A stretch of 64,000 bases of DNA, from contig LSRY02000043.1 in assembly GCA_001643675.2 (NCBI GenBank), forward strand, positions 248,001 through 312,000. The letters run 5' to 3'. A program made the position numbers and the translations under genes. Shown in pieces: positions 1 to 13,838 of the stretch. How positions within the stretch are numbered: the first letter of the stretch is position 1; each line of letters opens with the position of its first letter. The notes below the pieces were generated by a model. That model did not search any database and was not told where the DNA came from. It saw only the letters and a list, made by a program, of their open reading frames with translations. This DNA comes from Monocercomonoides exilis PA203. Lineage: Eukaryota; Protista; Preaxostyla.

Positions 1-305
1 GGAAGACATAAAATCTCTTGTTCCGCCTCATCTTTCTCCAGATTCAGAATTGAGATGTGTTTCAATTGATGGGAAAATGTGCCCATGCGGAGGAACACAT
101 TTACGCACAATAAAACAAATGAAAAAGGTTTGTTAAGCTTCTTATTTACATTATTTTTGAAAATTGAATATTTTCTTTAAATTTTCAGGTGACAATTAAA
201 AAGATAACTTCAAAAAAGAAAGTTGTTAGGGTTTGTTATTCTGTTGAGTTATCGGATGAACAGCCTCCAGAAAATGAATTATGCGCTCCGGTTATTATGG
301 AGTAA
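1..305 (+). CDS. 3' part of an AlaX/alanyl-tRNA editing domain protein (tRNA_SAD), 5'-truncated by the window edge; intron 128-188
   Basis: Frame 2 reads EDIKSLVPPHLSPDSELRCVSIDGKMCPCGGTHLRTIKQMKK. After a GTTTGT...TTTCAG intron it continues VTIKKITSKKKVVRVCYSVE to TAA at 303-305. CGGTH is the Zn-binding editing motif of AlaX/AlaRS/ThrRS, and the protein ends soon after it, as free-standing AlaX does. Confidence 0.8.
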
Positions 306-561
306 ATTTTGTTAAATTTTCATGATTTTATTATTTTGTTTTTATGTTTGCAAAGTTTTGATTGAAAATATAATTTTGTGAATTATTAAAAGATAAGAAG
401 AATTATTTATTTTGTAAATGGGAAAAAAAAGTTGTACGGATGGATAAAAAATTGTTGTATCTATTGTAAATAGGAAGATAGATTTTCATTGGTCTATCTT
501 TCACATATTGAAAATAACATCTTTCAAGATTGAACACTGATCGTGCCCTTATCTCGTGAAA

Positions 562-3500
562 ATGTCCAATCGTATTTTTGCCCCTCCTGTGAAATATAAG
601 AGTGAAGTTTGTGTTACATTTCAATTTTCATTAAATTCTTTTAATTTTAATGTCCTTTGTTCTATTTATTAACAAAGCTTTTCTCTTATAAGATTTCTCA
701 AGAAAAAATCATAAAAGATGGGGTACAACTTGCGATAGCACAAAAAAGAGCAGTTCGTTTATTTTGTTGATTAGTTAATAGTTAATGGAAATGGTGTTTT
801 TCTTTGATTTTTTTAGATTATGATCATTCCAGACGGGAAATCTGTTGATTTATATGATCCACTCTCAGGCACCAACCGCTCAATTAAATCAATGGTTTTT
901 ATTTTTAACTTGCTGACGTTTTATTTTTATATTTGGAATTATTCTTTTAGCCTTCTCGTCCAATTAGCTCTGTTTCAATTTTTGGTGATAATGACTCTTT
1001 GTTAATTGCTGAAACTGGTAAGCGCTCGAGTGCAATGGCTTTTAGCATCGAAAGTGGGAAGCAGATGACATCTCTTTTTGTACCATTTGAAAACGGAATA
1101 CTTGCGCTTGATGTCAGTAGAACCTCACAGACTGCACTTCTTCTTTCAGTGCCAGTTACAATGTCGGTTAGCCAACCATCTTCAACTGCTCCTGAAGGGC
1201 CGGGAGCATTCTCTTTTGAAAGTGCAAGTGGTGCTAAAATTGTAGTTGGTGGTGGAGTTCATTCAATGGAAGTCAAAACAATGCTGCAACAAGAATTTCT
1301 AGCCTGGCAATGGGGAGTTGACAAAAATAACACCATGTCAACAACAAGGTTGTTTGAGCCTTATGAAGTGAATGTATGCGCGTTTTCTATTTCTCATTTT
1401 CAAATTTCTTTCTTTTATTTTGAATATCAAACGATTAATCTTCTTTCTTTTGCGAAATGCAATTTATCATTTTTAGCATTCTGTTAAGTCGAATCCATCG
1501 GATTCTTCTGAATTTGCTACGACGAGTTTGTCGCAAGTCACATTTTGGGGAATTAGAGGAAGAAGCGTTTGCAATTCAAATTAATGTTATGATTGACTTG
1601 ACATATTTGTGTTCTTATGCTATTCATTAATGTTATCTTTTTTAACTTAATCAATTTTATGAACTTAACAATAATTTGAAATTTGTTTTATCCTTCTATT
1701 TCTACTGACTCGAACCCAAATAACCAAAACATACTCCTTTCAATCCCATTTTCCTCTTATTTCTTTCTTTTTTTTTAATCTCAGCTTGTGATGTCCTCAC
1801 CATCTGTGGAGAATCTTGGCCCCAGTGGCAGTCTGGGCACATTTGTCGATACAGCCTTCATTCCAGGCGGCAATCGAGCCATCACCGTCACCAACAGCGG
1901 TGTGGCTGTCGTGTGGGAGAGGCCTGCCGGCTCAAACGCACACTCAAAGCCAACTTCTTTCTCCAATTCGAGAAAAAGACCACAGTTTGAGAGGCAGGCG
2001 GTGCAAGTTGTGAGGTTTGCTCTTGTTTTTGATTCGAAGATAAATGACAATAAATAACATTTTTATTATTGGTGAAACAATTTTTTTCCCCTTTTTTATT
2101 TTTTTTTTAAATTCTCCTTTATTTTTCCTCTCATTTCTTTTCCCCCCTGCCATTCTTCAGACTCGCTGATGCCTCTCTCACCTGCTGCCGCATCAGTCCT
2201 TCCACAATTGTCACAGGCACAGCCGACGGGGCTATCCTTGCCTTTGACCAGTACTTCAACCCTCTTGCCTCTATCCAAGCTTTTCCTTCCTCTCAGGCGC
2301 CTGTAGCTCTCCACTCCTTCGGCTCTTCTGCTCTGTCGATTGCCATGTCCTCTGTGAATGTCACTGCTTCCTCTGTTGTCTCGGTCTGCTTGGCTCACAA
2401 CTTCGATCTGCAGCTGGTGGGACATAACGGTATTGTTTTATGCAATTGATGGTGTTTTTGTGGTTTTATGTTTATTTTGTGTGTGTGTGTGTAAATGTGT
2501 TTGGAAATTGAATCAAGATTATTGTTGTTTTTATTGGTTGAAAGAGTGTTTTGTGTTTCCTTTACAATTTGCTTTTCTATATTTGAATCTTCTTTTACTA
2601 ACATTTTCACTATGCCATCTTCATTGTCATTATTTATTTATTTATTCTTCTATTCATTTATCCGTTCATTCCGTTCATTCCATTCATCCATTTCCAGATC
2701 CTTCTCAACCACGTAACACTCTCCTTCCTCATGTTCTTGTCTGTTCTGCTGCTGGCCAAGTGCGTCTCATCTCTTCTGATGAATTCTCAATGGGCCATTC
2801 GCACCACTCCTCCCGCTCTCCTCTCATCCCTCTCTTATCTCCTGATATTCCTCTTTCTTCTTCTTCTTCTTCTTCTTCTTCCTCCTCCTCCTCCTCCTCT
2901 TCTTCTTCTTCTTCTTCTTCTAGTTATTCTTCTGGTTATTCTTCCTCCTCCTCATCCTCCTCTTACTCTTCTGCTCCTTCTAATTCTTCTGTTTCTCCTC
3001 AACAACAACCATATGATATGTCGCAAACTCCTTCCTCTTCCTTTTCCTCTCTCATTCGCCCTTCTTCTTCTTCACGCCCTCTTCTTCCAACTCCTCCTGC
3101 TGTTCTTCATCCGATTCACGTCAATTCTTCTTCTTCCTCTTCTTCTTTTTCATCATCATCATCTTCTTCTTCTTCTTCTTCTTCTCCAAAAACTTCTTCT
3201 TTCAATTCAAACATCACCCCTTTCTCTGCTCATTCATATCAGAACAATTCTTTGCCCCTTCCTCTTCCTCCTCCGCCTCCTCCACTATCACATCCTTCTT
3301 CTTCTTCATCTTCTTCCGCTTCAGCTTCTTCATTTTCACCTCCTTTTGCATCAACTTCTTCTCTTCCTCCTCTTTATGTCTCTCAATTGAACTCCATATC
3401 ATCTTCATCTTCATCTTCATCTTCATCTTCATCTTCATCAATGACAACTCCTTCTTTATATCCTTCTTCTTCTTCTTCTTCTTTCCCTTCCTCTTCCTCT

Positions 3501-4016
3501 TCCTCCTCCACCCCTTCATATCCCCCCCTCCTCTCCCACTCCCCCCACTCTCTCCACTCTCTCCATTCCTCTTCTTCCTCTCCTCTCTTCCTCAGCTCCT
3601 TACCTTTCCTCTCTCTCCGCTCTTCTGACTCAAACTCTTCCTTCCCTCTTTCTGCTGCCCAATCCCCCAGCCTCTGCACTTTGTCCTCCACTACTCTCCC
3701 TTCTGCCTCTGCCAGCCAAGCTTCTTCTCCTCTCTTCGCTTCCCCTTCCACTCCTGCTTCGGTTTCTGCTTTATCTTCTTCTTCTTCCTCTTCCTCTTCC
3801 TCTTCCTCTTCCTCTTCCTCTTCCTCTTCCTCTTCCTCTTCCTCTTCCTCTTCTTCTGCTCCTTCTGCTTCTGCCTCTACTTCCTCTTTAGCTCGTCTTC
3901 AGATGTCAAATTTTACTTATTCTCTTCCTTCTCCTCAACAAACACAAGATTCCACTCCAAACATGACAGCATTTGCTATTCAAATGTCACCTGGTTATGC
4001 TTCTTCTATACAACCT

Positions 4017-4056
<40 letters not shown>

Positions 4057-7000
4057 TTTCCTCCTCTTCCTCCTCTTCTTCTTCTCCATCTTCATATCCT
4101 TCTTTATCCTTGCCTTATGTCAACACTTCTGCTGCTCCTTTTCTGATGAATTCTCAATCGAAACCTTCTCTTCTTTCTCTTCTTCCTTCTCTTCCTTCTC
4201 TTCCTTCTCTTCCTCCACCACCACCACCTCCTCCTCCTCCTCCTTCTGCCCCTCTAATTATGACTTCAACATCACCTCCTTATCCTATTTATTCTTCCTC
4301 CTCCTCCTCTTCCACTTCTTTTAATCTCTTTCCTTCTTTTCCTTCTTCATCATCATCATCTTCTTCTTCTGCTTCTGCTTCTGCTTCTGCTTCTTCTTCA
4401 ACATTTTCTCTCACATCAAACTTCCACTCATTCAACATCCAAACACTTTCTCAACCACAACAACCTCAACTTCAACCTCAATCTCAATCTCAACAGCAAC
4501 AACAACAAACATCTTCTTCTCCTTCTTCTCCTTCTTCTTCTTCTCCTTCTTCTTCTTCTATCACTTCTTCTTCTTCTCTCCTTCCTCCTTCTCTCTCCAC
4601 TCAGCCAGGTGCCTCTCTCATTCGTGCATTAAATACTCCAATGAATGCATCATCCGGCTATTCTACTCAAACAACTTCTGATGCTGTGAATTCTCTATCT
4701 GAAAATAATACCTCTGGTTCTATGCAGAATAATGAATATCAAAGGAATTCTTCTTCTTCTTCTCTCACTTCAATCAACACAGCTGATCCTTCCATTTCCA
4801 ATCAGCAAAGCTTAACTCAGAATCAATCTCAATCTATTTCTCAAGCTCAGTCTCAGACTCAACCACAGAATTCATCTCAAACACAGACACAGACACAAAT
4901 ATCTCCTTCATCATCATCTTCTTCCTCTTCCTCTTCCTCTTCCTCTTCTCCCATCCTCTCCTCTTCTTCATCCAGCATCCAGCTCATCCCCAAAAATGCT
5001 TCCGAAACAGAGAATTCTACTGCCACCATCACTATCACCATCTCTTCCTCTTCTTCCTCTTCCTCTTCTTCCTCTTCTTCCTCTCTTTCTTCCACTTCCT
5101 CCTCTTCTTCCTCTGCCTCTTCTCCTTCCTCCACCTCTGTCTCAGCCTCCGCCTCCATCAGCCGCATCGGCCTCTCTCCTTCTCTCTCCACCCTCGCCTT
5201 TAACATCACCCCTGCTGCCCCTGACACACAACTCCCTCCTCATTTCAATGCCATCCAATCTTCACCTCATCTTTCTTCTCTTCCTTCCTCTTCCTCTTCT
5301 CTTGCTCCTTCTTCTCGTCTCTCTCAGACACCTTCTCCTTGTTCACTCACAACATCCATATTGTCTTCTGAGCTGAGTGACTGGCTGTGCAGTGTGCTGC
5401 AGAAGGAGCTGGGTGTGACAGCAAATGCTACTGCTACTGCTGTTGTTGAGGCAGAGGGAAAGGAAGTGAAGGAGGAAGAGGAGGATGAAGAGAGAGAAGG
5501 AGAAATAGAAGGAGAAGGAGAGAAAGAGAATGAGGACAACAAGAATGAGGAAGAGGAAGGGGATGTTCATGAGAGAATGGAAGAATCGAGTCAAAACAGA
5601 AAAGAAGAAGAGGAGGAAAAAGAAGAAAAAGAAGAAGAAATTCATTCAAACACTCTCTCATCTGATTCTCTTCTTCATTCACAGACATCTTCATCCTCTC
5701 ATAAACACACAGAAAAACCAAAGACATCTTCTCATCCACACACTCAGTCTCATTCCAGCCTCGCTGCTTCAACCTCCTTCACAAAACTTCTCATAACTCC
5801 TTCCTCTTCCCAGTCCACCCTCAAATCATGTTCTTCTTCCTCTGCTTCTTCTTCTTCTGCTTCTTCTTCTTCTGCTTCTTCTTCTTCTGCTTCTTCTTCT
5901 TCTGCCACCTCCTCTTCCCTCACCAGATATTCCCTCACTCCTTCTCCTCCTCTCTCTCCTGAGATTCTGTCTCGCTCACAGTCAGAGAAAGAGAGGACAA
6001 ACACACAAGACGTGTGTGAAATGAGGGGGAAAGGGAATGCAGCAGAAGGGAGAAGGAAGAGTGATACAGAATTGAAGCAGAAACAGAGCGAAAAGGAAGA
6101 GTTTTGTGAGAATGTGCAAAGAGACGGGTTTAATCCACCGCTTTTGTATGAACATTCAGATGAGAAGAGAGAGAAGGAAGAAGATGAGGAAGATGAACTT
6201 AAAGGAAAAGAAAATAATTATAACAATGGAAATGAAGAAGGAAATGATGATGATGATGATAGAAGCAGCTTCATCAGCAACAGAAGCAGAAGAAGAGGCA
6301 GAGACAGGCAGATAATGCTGAACAAGACATTAGCAGAAGAACTCGAAGAAGAAATTGAAGTCGAAGAAGCAGAAGAAGTGGAAGAAGCAGTAGAAGAAGT
6401 TGAAATCGAAGAAGAAGAAGAAGCAGGAAATTCTCCTCCATCCCCTTCAGAGCTGAACTGCTTCACAGACTCGTCCCACCACCTGCTTCCCAATGTGCAG
6501 TCAGAAGCAGCACTCAAAACACAATCCTCACCTTTGTCTGCTGATTACTGCCATCCAAACAGCTTCAGGCGATTCACTGAAGGGAGCCATGCCTTCTCTG
6601 TCCCTTTGGCTCATCTGTCGTGTGTGTCTCCTTTGAGAGATGCTGCCCCTCTGATGAATGGGAACAATGCAAATGGTGCTGGTAATGGTATCAATACTAT
6701 TAATGCTATAAATACATGTAATGCTGGTAATGCTGGTAATGTGGGAAATGCAAATAATTTGAATAACTCATCCAGCTGTTCTATTACTGCTACATTGAAT
6801 TCTACGTTTTCTCCTTCTACTGCTTCTCCTTCTGCCTCTTCTGCCTCTTCCTCCTCTTCTTCTTTCTCTTCTCCATTCACTCACGTCACACACAGCTCAC
6901 ATGATTCTGAGTCTTCTTTCCTTCCTTCCAACTCCTCTCAATCTGACAGCTCTTCCTGCGCCTCTTCTCTGATGCCCACACAAACACTCTTCACTCACAA

Positions 7001-7318
7001 GACTCCTTTGAATGTCAGCACTCCTTCTGCTACTGCTACTACTACTGCTGCTGCTGCTTCTAATTCTTCTGCTTCTGCTTGTTCTTCTTCTTCTTCTTCT
7101 TCTTCTTCTTCTTCTTCTTCTTCTTCTTCTTCTTCTTCATTATCTTCATCATTTTCTTCAACATTTTCATCTTCGTCAAAATCCTCTTCTTCTTGTTCCT
7201 CTTCCTCCAATTCTTCTTCTTCTTCATTTTCTGCAGCTCCTCTTTCTCTTTCTCTTTCTCTCTCCCTTGGAATGGAACATCCACCCATCCTCACCTCCAC
7301 CTCCACTTCTTCTTCATC

Positions 7319-7350
<32 letters not shown>

Positions 7351-10300
7351 CTTCTTCAACCTCCACAGCCACCTCCAGCTTCCTTAACAGCTACTCCGAG
7401 CAGCCAGATACAGCTGCCTTCACTCCCTTCTCCCCCGCCATCACCTTCGCCAACGACACCCGCATCTCTGACGCCTTCGATGACTCCCTCTGCTCTCCTG
7501 ACACCTCCCACTCCACTGGCTCTCCCTCTGTCGACTTCATCCCCCGCTTTGCCCCCTTCCATGCGCGTTCTGTGCTATCCAGCCACAGCGCTAAGGAGCC
7601 TGTCCTCAGCAGCCCCTCTGAAAGAAGCATCGACTGCTTCAACTTCAGCCTGCCCCACGCCCCTGTCTTGTCCACTGCAGACGCCGAAGACTCTGTCTCC
7701 TTCACTTCTCCTTTCCTTCCCCCAAAGAAGTGCACAGTCACTAGCCAGCCATCAGAGCTGAGCCAACTAACGCCCAGTTCTGCCTCTGACCCAAGCATCA
7801 CTCCTTCGCCTCCATTGACTGATCACACCAGCATCGGCTCAAAGTCTGGTGGAGAAAGCCAAAGAGAGAGTTTCTCCGAAAAGAGCGGAGAAATTAGGTC
7901 GGAGAATCACTCAGACTCTTCATCACAGCACTCCTCATCAATGGGACATAAGCGCAGTCTGTCCATTGCACTGCCAAGCGAATTGGGCCGCTTGAAAGGC
8001 AGCAATAGTAACAACATCACTCCTCAGAGCGCTGTCTCGGAGAAATTGAATTTCTCCGAAACAGGAAGTGATATTCTGGGTGTGGTGCTGGACAGTCCGA
8101 CGAGCAGATATGGTGTCAGAGCACGCTCTCTGCAGAGTGCAACTGTGTCTCTCAAAATGCAGAAGCTGCTGTTTCCATCTGAATCACAAGAAGAGATGGG
8201 CGAGGGGGAGGCAACGAATACCTCTTCTAAACTGGCTGCATCATCAGCAATGTACAACCAGTCTAATTTGATACTCTCACCACCTTCGAAGAGCAGCAGC
8301 CAAGATGCCTCTCATCCGCAGCTGAAAGAAACCAAAAATTCCTCTTTCACTTTTTATCCCTCTTCCAAGGTCCCTTCCTCTCCCTTTTCTGCTCTTCCAC
8401 AGCGCCCTCCACTCACAGCATATCCTCGTGTCACTGGCAAGCACAGCTTCCACACACAAACTGCCCATCTCTCAAATATTCCCCTCTCCGCCTCTTCTTC
8501 CATCCCCATCTCTGGTTTCTCCGTGTCGCCTCATTCACTTCCCCAGCAAACAGTGAAGTTTAAGACACCCACAATAACCACACGCACTTTGCATCCTCCG
8601 CTCGCTTCTATTTCTCCGAGCGAAGCTCCATCTTCTCCTTCTATTTCTCCGAAAGTTTCTCCGTCTCCTTCTCTCAGCCCGAATTCATTGGTATCACAGC
8701 CACAGCTACAGCCACAGCATCAGCAACAGTCACAACAACAACAACAACGCACTCAGAAACGAGCGCCAACAGCCCTCCAAAAGATGACAATCAGTCTCCC
8801 TCGCCATCTCCTCCCTTCTGCCGACACAGGCGCCTTCTCCCCTTTCCTCTCTGACTCCGACTACCTCACCCCAATCTCTGCCTCTTCCAGCTCTTCCCAC
8901 TCCTCCAATGACAGTTTCTCCATCTCCTCTCAGCTGATTCCTCGTCTCATGCAGCGTGCTGAAGACACTCCAACTGTGGATAATGTGCCAAGTCCCAGTG
9001 CTTCCTTGTTCTCTTCTCTTCCTTCTGCCCCTTCCACTTATTCTGCTCCTTCTGCTATTTCCATTCCGTCTCTTCCCTCTCTTCCTCCTCTTCATTCTTC
9101 TTCTTCCATCTCCTCCTCCTCTTCTACTTCTTCCTCTTCCTCTTCCTCTTCATCCAGTTATTCCTCTTCAATCACCCGACTTCCCAACCAGCTGACTGCC
9201 CTGCTGACACCCCTGACATCCACCACTATCACATCCTCTTTGCTTTCTGCCTCTTTCCACTCGCCTGTTGTTGATACTTCCACTCCTGTTGGCTCTTCCC
9301 TCTTCGCAGCAGGCACTCACTCGCACACTCATTCATATTCAGACAGATACAGCTATACACGCGGTCACTCTAATAATATCAATAATAATAGCAAGTATAA
9401 TAATCCAAACACAAATAAGACCACTTCCTCATTCCCATCTCGTCAGGACAGCCAGCGCCAATACTCCGTCCGCTTCTCCGACAGCCAAAAGACTTCTCTT
9501 TCTTCTCTCTCCTCTGCCGATGCGACAATCGAGAAAGCGAATCCAACCTTCATCAGCATCCACATCAACCCAGAGACACACCAAAGCAGCGGCGAATGCT
9601 GTCTGGCTGAGCATTCTTCGCTCATTGCACACACACGCTGGGTCTCCTACCTCCTCTACTCACCCAGCATGCCCCCTCCCATCAGAGAGCTGGTGAAGCC
9701 CCTCATCAGCCACGTCTCCGTCCTCATCTCCCTCAGAACTGCCTGCGCTTCGGCTTCGCTCCCTCATCCAGTTCAGAGCGGCGGGAAGAATGATTCTGTT
9801 TCTACTTCCTCTTCTTCTTCTTCTTCTCCGTCTCTGACGAAATCACCCCCGTGTGTCTTCCTCTGCAGAAGAGAATCAATTCAATCAGCGAAAACTAAAA
9901 GCAATGCGCCTTTATCTCCAATTGCTTCATCATCATCTTCTTCTTCTTCCTCCTCCTCCTCTTCTTCTTCTTCTTCCTCTCTCACTCGCACCCCCCGCTG
10001 CCCTCTTCCTCCTCTGCCCCGCACTCATTCTCGTCTTCTCCCACCTGTTGTGAAGAGTCTGATAGAAACAGACAACTTTGCCCGCTCAATCATCACAGCC
10101 ACTGACGAGTTCTACAACTGGTCGCTGCTGCAGAAGAGCAGAGAGGAGCAGAGAATAAACAGAGAAAAGGGAGAAAATGGAGAGAAAGGGGAGAAAGAAG
10201 AAAATGTGGAGAAAGGAGAAAGGGGAGAAAGAGAAGAGAAAGAAGAAGGAATCAATGAAGATATGGATGAAGGTACGGAGAAGAAGAGTGAAGGATACCC

Positions 10301-13082
10301 TTCATTCTGGCTGAAAGAGGAAGAATTACTCCGAATGAGTGGAGAAGGAGAAGGAGAAGAAGGAGAAAAAAAGGCAGAAAAGCATAAAGCAGGAGATGTT
10401 CTCTATGTTGACTTCTTCTCTCTTCAGGACTGCCTCTTCTTGTCTGTCTTGCTCGACCGCACTGTTCTGAGAGCAACACATCCACAATGCTTGTCTTTAT
10501 CTTCTTCTTCTTCTTCTTCTTCCTCCTCCCCCTCAACCATTACAGAGACTGAAGAGATGGGAATAGCAGAGGCAGAAGGGAAGTCATCCACGCCTCATTC
10601 AGTGAAGACAGTGGATGTGATGACGCCTGACTCCATCAGAGGAATCACTGGGAGTGAAGGAGGAGCTACTCCTGATGCACTCACTTCTCCCTCTGGTGTG
10701 TCTCCATCGCAACATCCTGCTGCTGCTTCTTCTTCCTCTTCGTCTTCTTCTTCCTCCTCTTCGTCTTCTTCTTCCTCCTCTTCTTCCTCATCTTCTTCAT
10801 CTTCTTCATCATCGTCTTCTTCTGCCTCTTCCTCTCCTCTATTGATTGATACCTTTGACAAATCCAGCATTTCTGCCTTGACTGAGCCTATCTCTTCATT
10901 CACTCCCACCCCATCTGACTGCCAAACAACCCCAATCCACGAAAAACTCGAAGTGCAAAGCAATTCTGGTTCACAAGATGACACTTTGCAGCAGTCTATA
11001 TCATTCGCCACGCTTTCACTGGCAAAGAAGAGGAAGACGAGGAAGAAGATGAAACAGACGTTGAAAAGAAGAGTGAAACAAACCAAAAATACGATGTTTG
11101 TGTCTCCAGTTGCGAAGAAGTTTATTCCATTGCCTTATCCACTGTGCAATCTGAGTCATTTGGAGGCTGTTTTGAAGGAGTGTGGATGGGTCAGAAGGGT
11201 TGAGGAATATGATGCGTGTGGGGAAGAGGAGGAGGAAGAGAAGAGGAGGAGAAGAAGGAAGGAAGAGAAGGGGGAGGAAGATGAAGAGGAGGAAGAAGAA
11301 GAGGAAGGGGAGGAAGAGGAGGAGGATGAAGTGACTGAGGAAGGGGAAGAGATTGAACAGGAAGGGAATGTAGAAATGGAAGAAGAAGTGGAAGAAGAAT
11401 CAACAGAGGATGAAGACAGCAGCAGCGATGAGTCAACAAGAGATGAAGAAGAAGAGGAAGAGGAGGAAGAAAAAGAAGAAGGCAATGAAGAGATATCAAA
11501 AGATGTTCTTGGAAATAGAATGGATTCCATTCCACTTGTTTGTGAAGAGGACGATCCTCTTCTCAGTTTGAATTCCACGTCAAACAACAAAAAAGCTCGA
11601 AAGGGCAAAAGAAAGTCAAAAATGACACAAAAATTCAGAAAAACGAAAGTAGCGAAGCGGATCATATCAAATTATGGGAAGAGCAACAAGGAGAAAGAAG
11701 GGTTGTACAACACAGCCCCCACCAGCCTTGTCTCTGAATGTGTGTGTGCAATGGAAGAAGGAGAGAAGAGAGAGATGAGAGAGAAGATGGAGCACAAACG
11801 CTCACGCAGTGCAGACCAAAAGCAAATGAAGAAAGGAGGAGGGAGTGAATGCAGAAGAGCTAAGGAGGAAATGTGGTTTGGAGGTGTTGTTGATGAAGAA
11901 GAAGAAGGAGAAGAAGAAGAAGAAAGGAATGGGATGATGCACAGGGCAGATGGTGACTCGAAGAAAGCAGCACATTTCAGATGGCATTCATCGTCTTCTC
12001 TAAACTCCACACCCACAATTCATTCGCTTCCGATTAAACCTTCTCCAAAAGTGATCAACCTCACCATCTCCACTCACTCCCTCCCTTCTCCTTCTCCCAC
12101 TGGTCTGTCTTCCACTGCTTCTTCCACATCTTCCTCTGCTTCTTCTGCTTCCTCCTCTTCTTCTTCTTCCTCTTCCTCTTTCACTCCCAGCTTCTTCTCC
12201 CAATCTCCTTCTTCTGCTGCTCCTTTGTCTGCTCCTTCCTTTTCGTCCTCGCTTGTGCCTTCTTCCCACTTCTCTTCCACTTCCAGTCTTCCTCTCATCC
12301 CTCCTGTCCCTGCTCCTCTTCTTCCTCCTCCTCTCTCTCTGATCAACTCCAAAAAGTATTCCTCTTTCCATCTGATAAACTCTCCTCTTTCTGAGACTTA
12401 TTGTGGTTCTCCTTCTTCTTCTCCTTCTTCTTCCTCTTCTTCCTCTTCCTCTTTATCCTCCTCATCTTCTTCTGTTGCTTCTCCTGCTGCTGCTGCTGAT
12501 TTCTCTTCTCTTCCCTCTTCTGCTTTTGTATCTTCAACTTCTCCTCCTCCCTCTCTTCCTCCTCATCCTCTTCCTTCTGATGCTTCCACTCCAAACATCT
12601 TTCAATCTGTATCTCAAAGTGCTCCTCAAACAACTTCCCTTTCTTCTTCTTCCACTCCCATTGCGTCCTCTTCTCCTGCTTCCCCTTCTTATCCTTCTTA
12701 TCCCTCTTCTTCTCCTTCTTCTTCTCCCTCATCTCCATCGCCTCTGCCTTTGCCTTCATTCTCAGCCATTCATCCTCCTTCCTCTATGATGGGCAGTCTT
12801 GTTCGCAACAAAGATCTCACCACTAATCCTGTTTCTCTTCTCTCTTCTGATTCTTCTTCTTCTTCTTTTCCATCTCTTTCTTCTCCTCCTCCTTCTTGGA
12901 TCTCCTCTGCTTCTGAGTCGTTCTCCAACAGAAAGCCATCTTCCATCAAGCAAAATGCACCTTCACAGGCTGTTCCCCCCACTCACAAGCAGTCTTACTC
13001 ATTCACTGCCCTCAAATGCCAATATGAAACTCCGTTTTCTCCGTGTCACGCACGCCATTCTATTTCCTTCCCTCCTTCCTCT

Positions 13083-13120
<38 letters not shown>

Positions 13121-13838
13121 CTCTTCCTCCTCTGCCAATGCTCCTGATCAAGTCTTGTTTGAGAAGCCATTTAATTCTCTTAATTCACTTAATTCGCTTA
13201 ATTCACTTTGTGCTATTAATACTCATAATACTCATAATACTCTGAATGTTATCAATGCTATGAGTCCCGTTAATACTCAAATTGCACCTCATTCTGCACT
13301 TGTTTGTGATGCTGGCGGTGCATCATCACCTTCGGCTGCTGCTCATGTCCTCGATGAAGAAGAAGAAGAAGATAAAGAAAGAGAAGAAGAAGAAATGAAA
13401 AGAGAAAGAGAAAGAGAAAGAGAAAGAGAAGTTGAAAAAGAAAGAGGAAAAAATAAAGTCAATAACTTTTCTCATAATCCAGCTTCTCCTTCTCTACGGC
13501 CATACTCACAGTCTCTTCAGGAACAAGTGAAGACTTGTGAGTCAGCTTCAATTGATGCTTTATCTCTCAATGCTTCTGCTTCAACAGCTTCTTCTTCTAT
13601 TTCTTCTTCTTCTTCTGTTTCTTCTACTACTACTCCTTCTTTTTCTGCCTCTGCTTCTGCCTCTCCTCTTCCTCCTCCATCTACCTCATCGTTGATGTCT
13701 GTTGATGAATGTGTGGGACCAGCAGAGGAGGTTTCTTCATCTTCTGCAGCTTCTTTGATGAAGTCATGTGTATATAATAATAATGAAGATAATGAAGATA
13801 ATAATGAAGATAATAATGATAATGAGCAGCAGCCATAA
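562..13838 (+). CDS. CFAP251/WDR66-like N-terminal WD40 region fused to a ~3700-aa Ser/Pro/Glu-rich low-complexity tail. Exons approx 562-606, 693-752, 817-894, 951-1373, 1477-1566, 1785-2014, 2161-2429, 2698-13838
   Basis: All seven GT-AG introns join in phase. Spliced peptides (LIAETGKRSS..LFVPFENGILALDVS; QEFLAWQW; HSVKSNPSDSSEFATTS..VTFW; TFVDTAFIPGGNRAITVTNSGVAVVWE; VRLADASLTCC..TIVTGTADGAILAFD; PHVLVCSAAGQVRLISSDEF) follow the order of the CFAP251 first propeller as recalled. The first ~110 aa of the 2358 ORF are out-of-frame exon and intron sequence. Confidence 0.7.

Noticed and set aside
2358-2697. Hydrophobic N-terminus of the 3826-aa ORF as TM segments
   Set aside because: It is mostly a T-rich intron (2430-2697) read through by chance.
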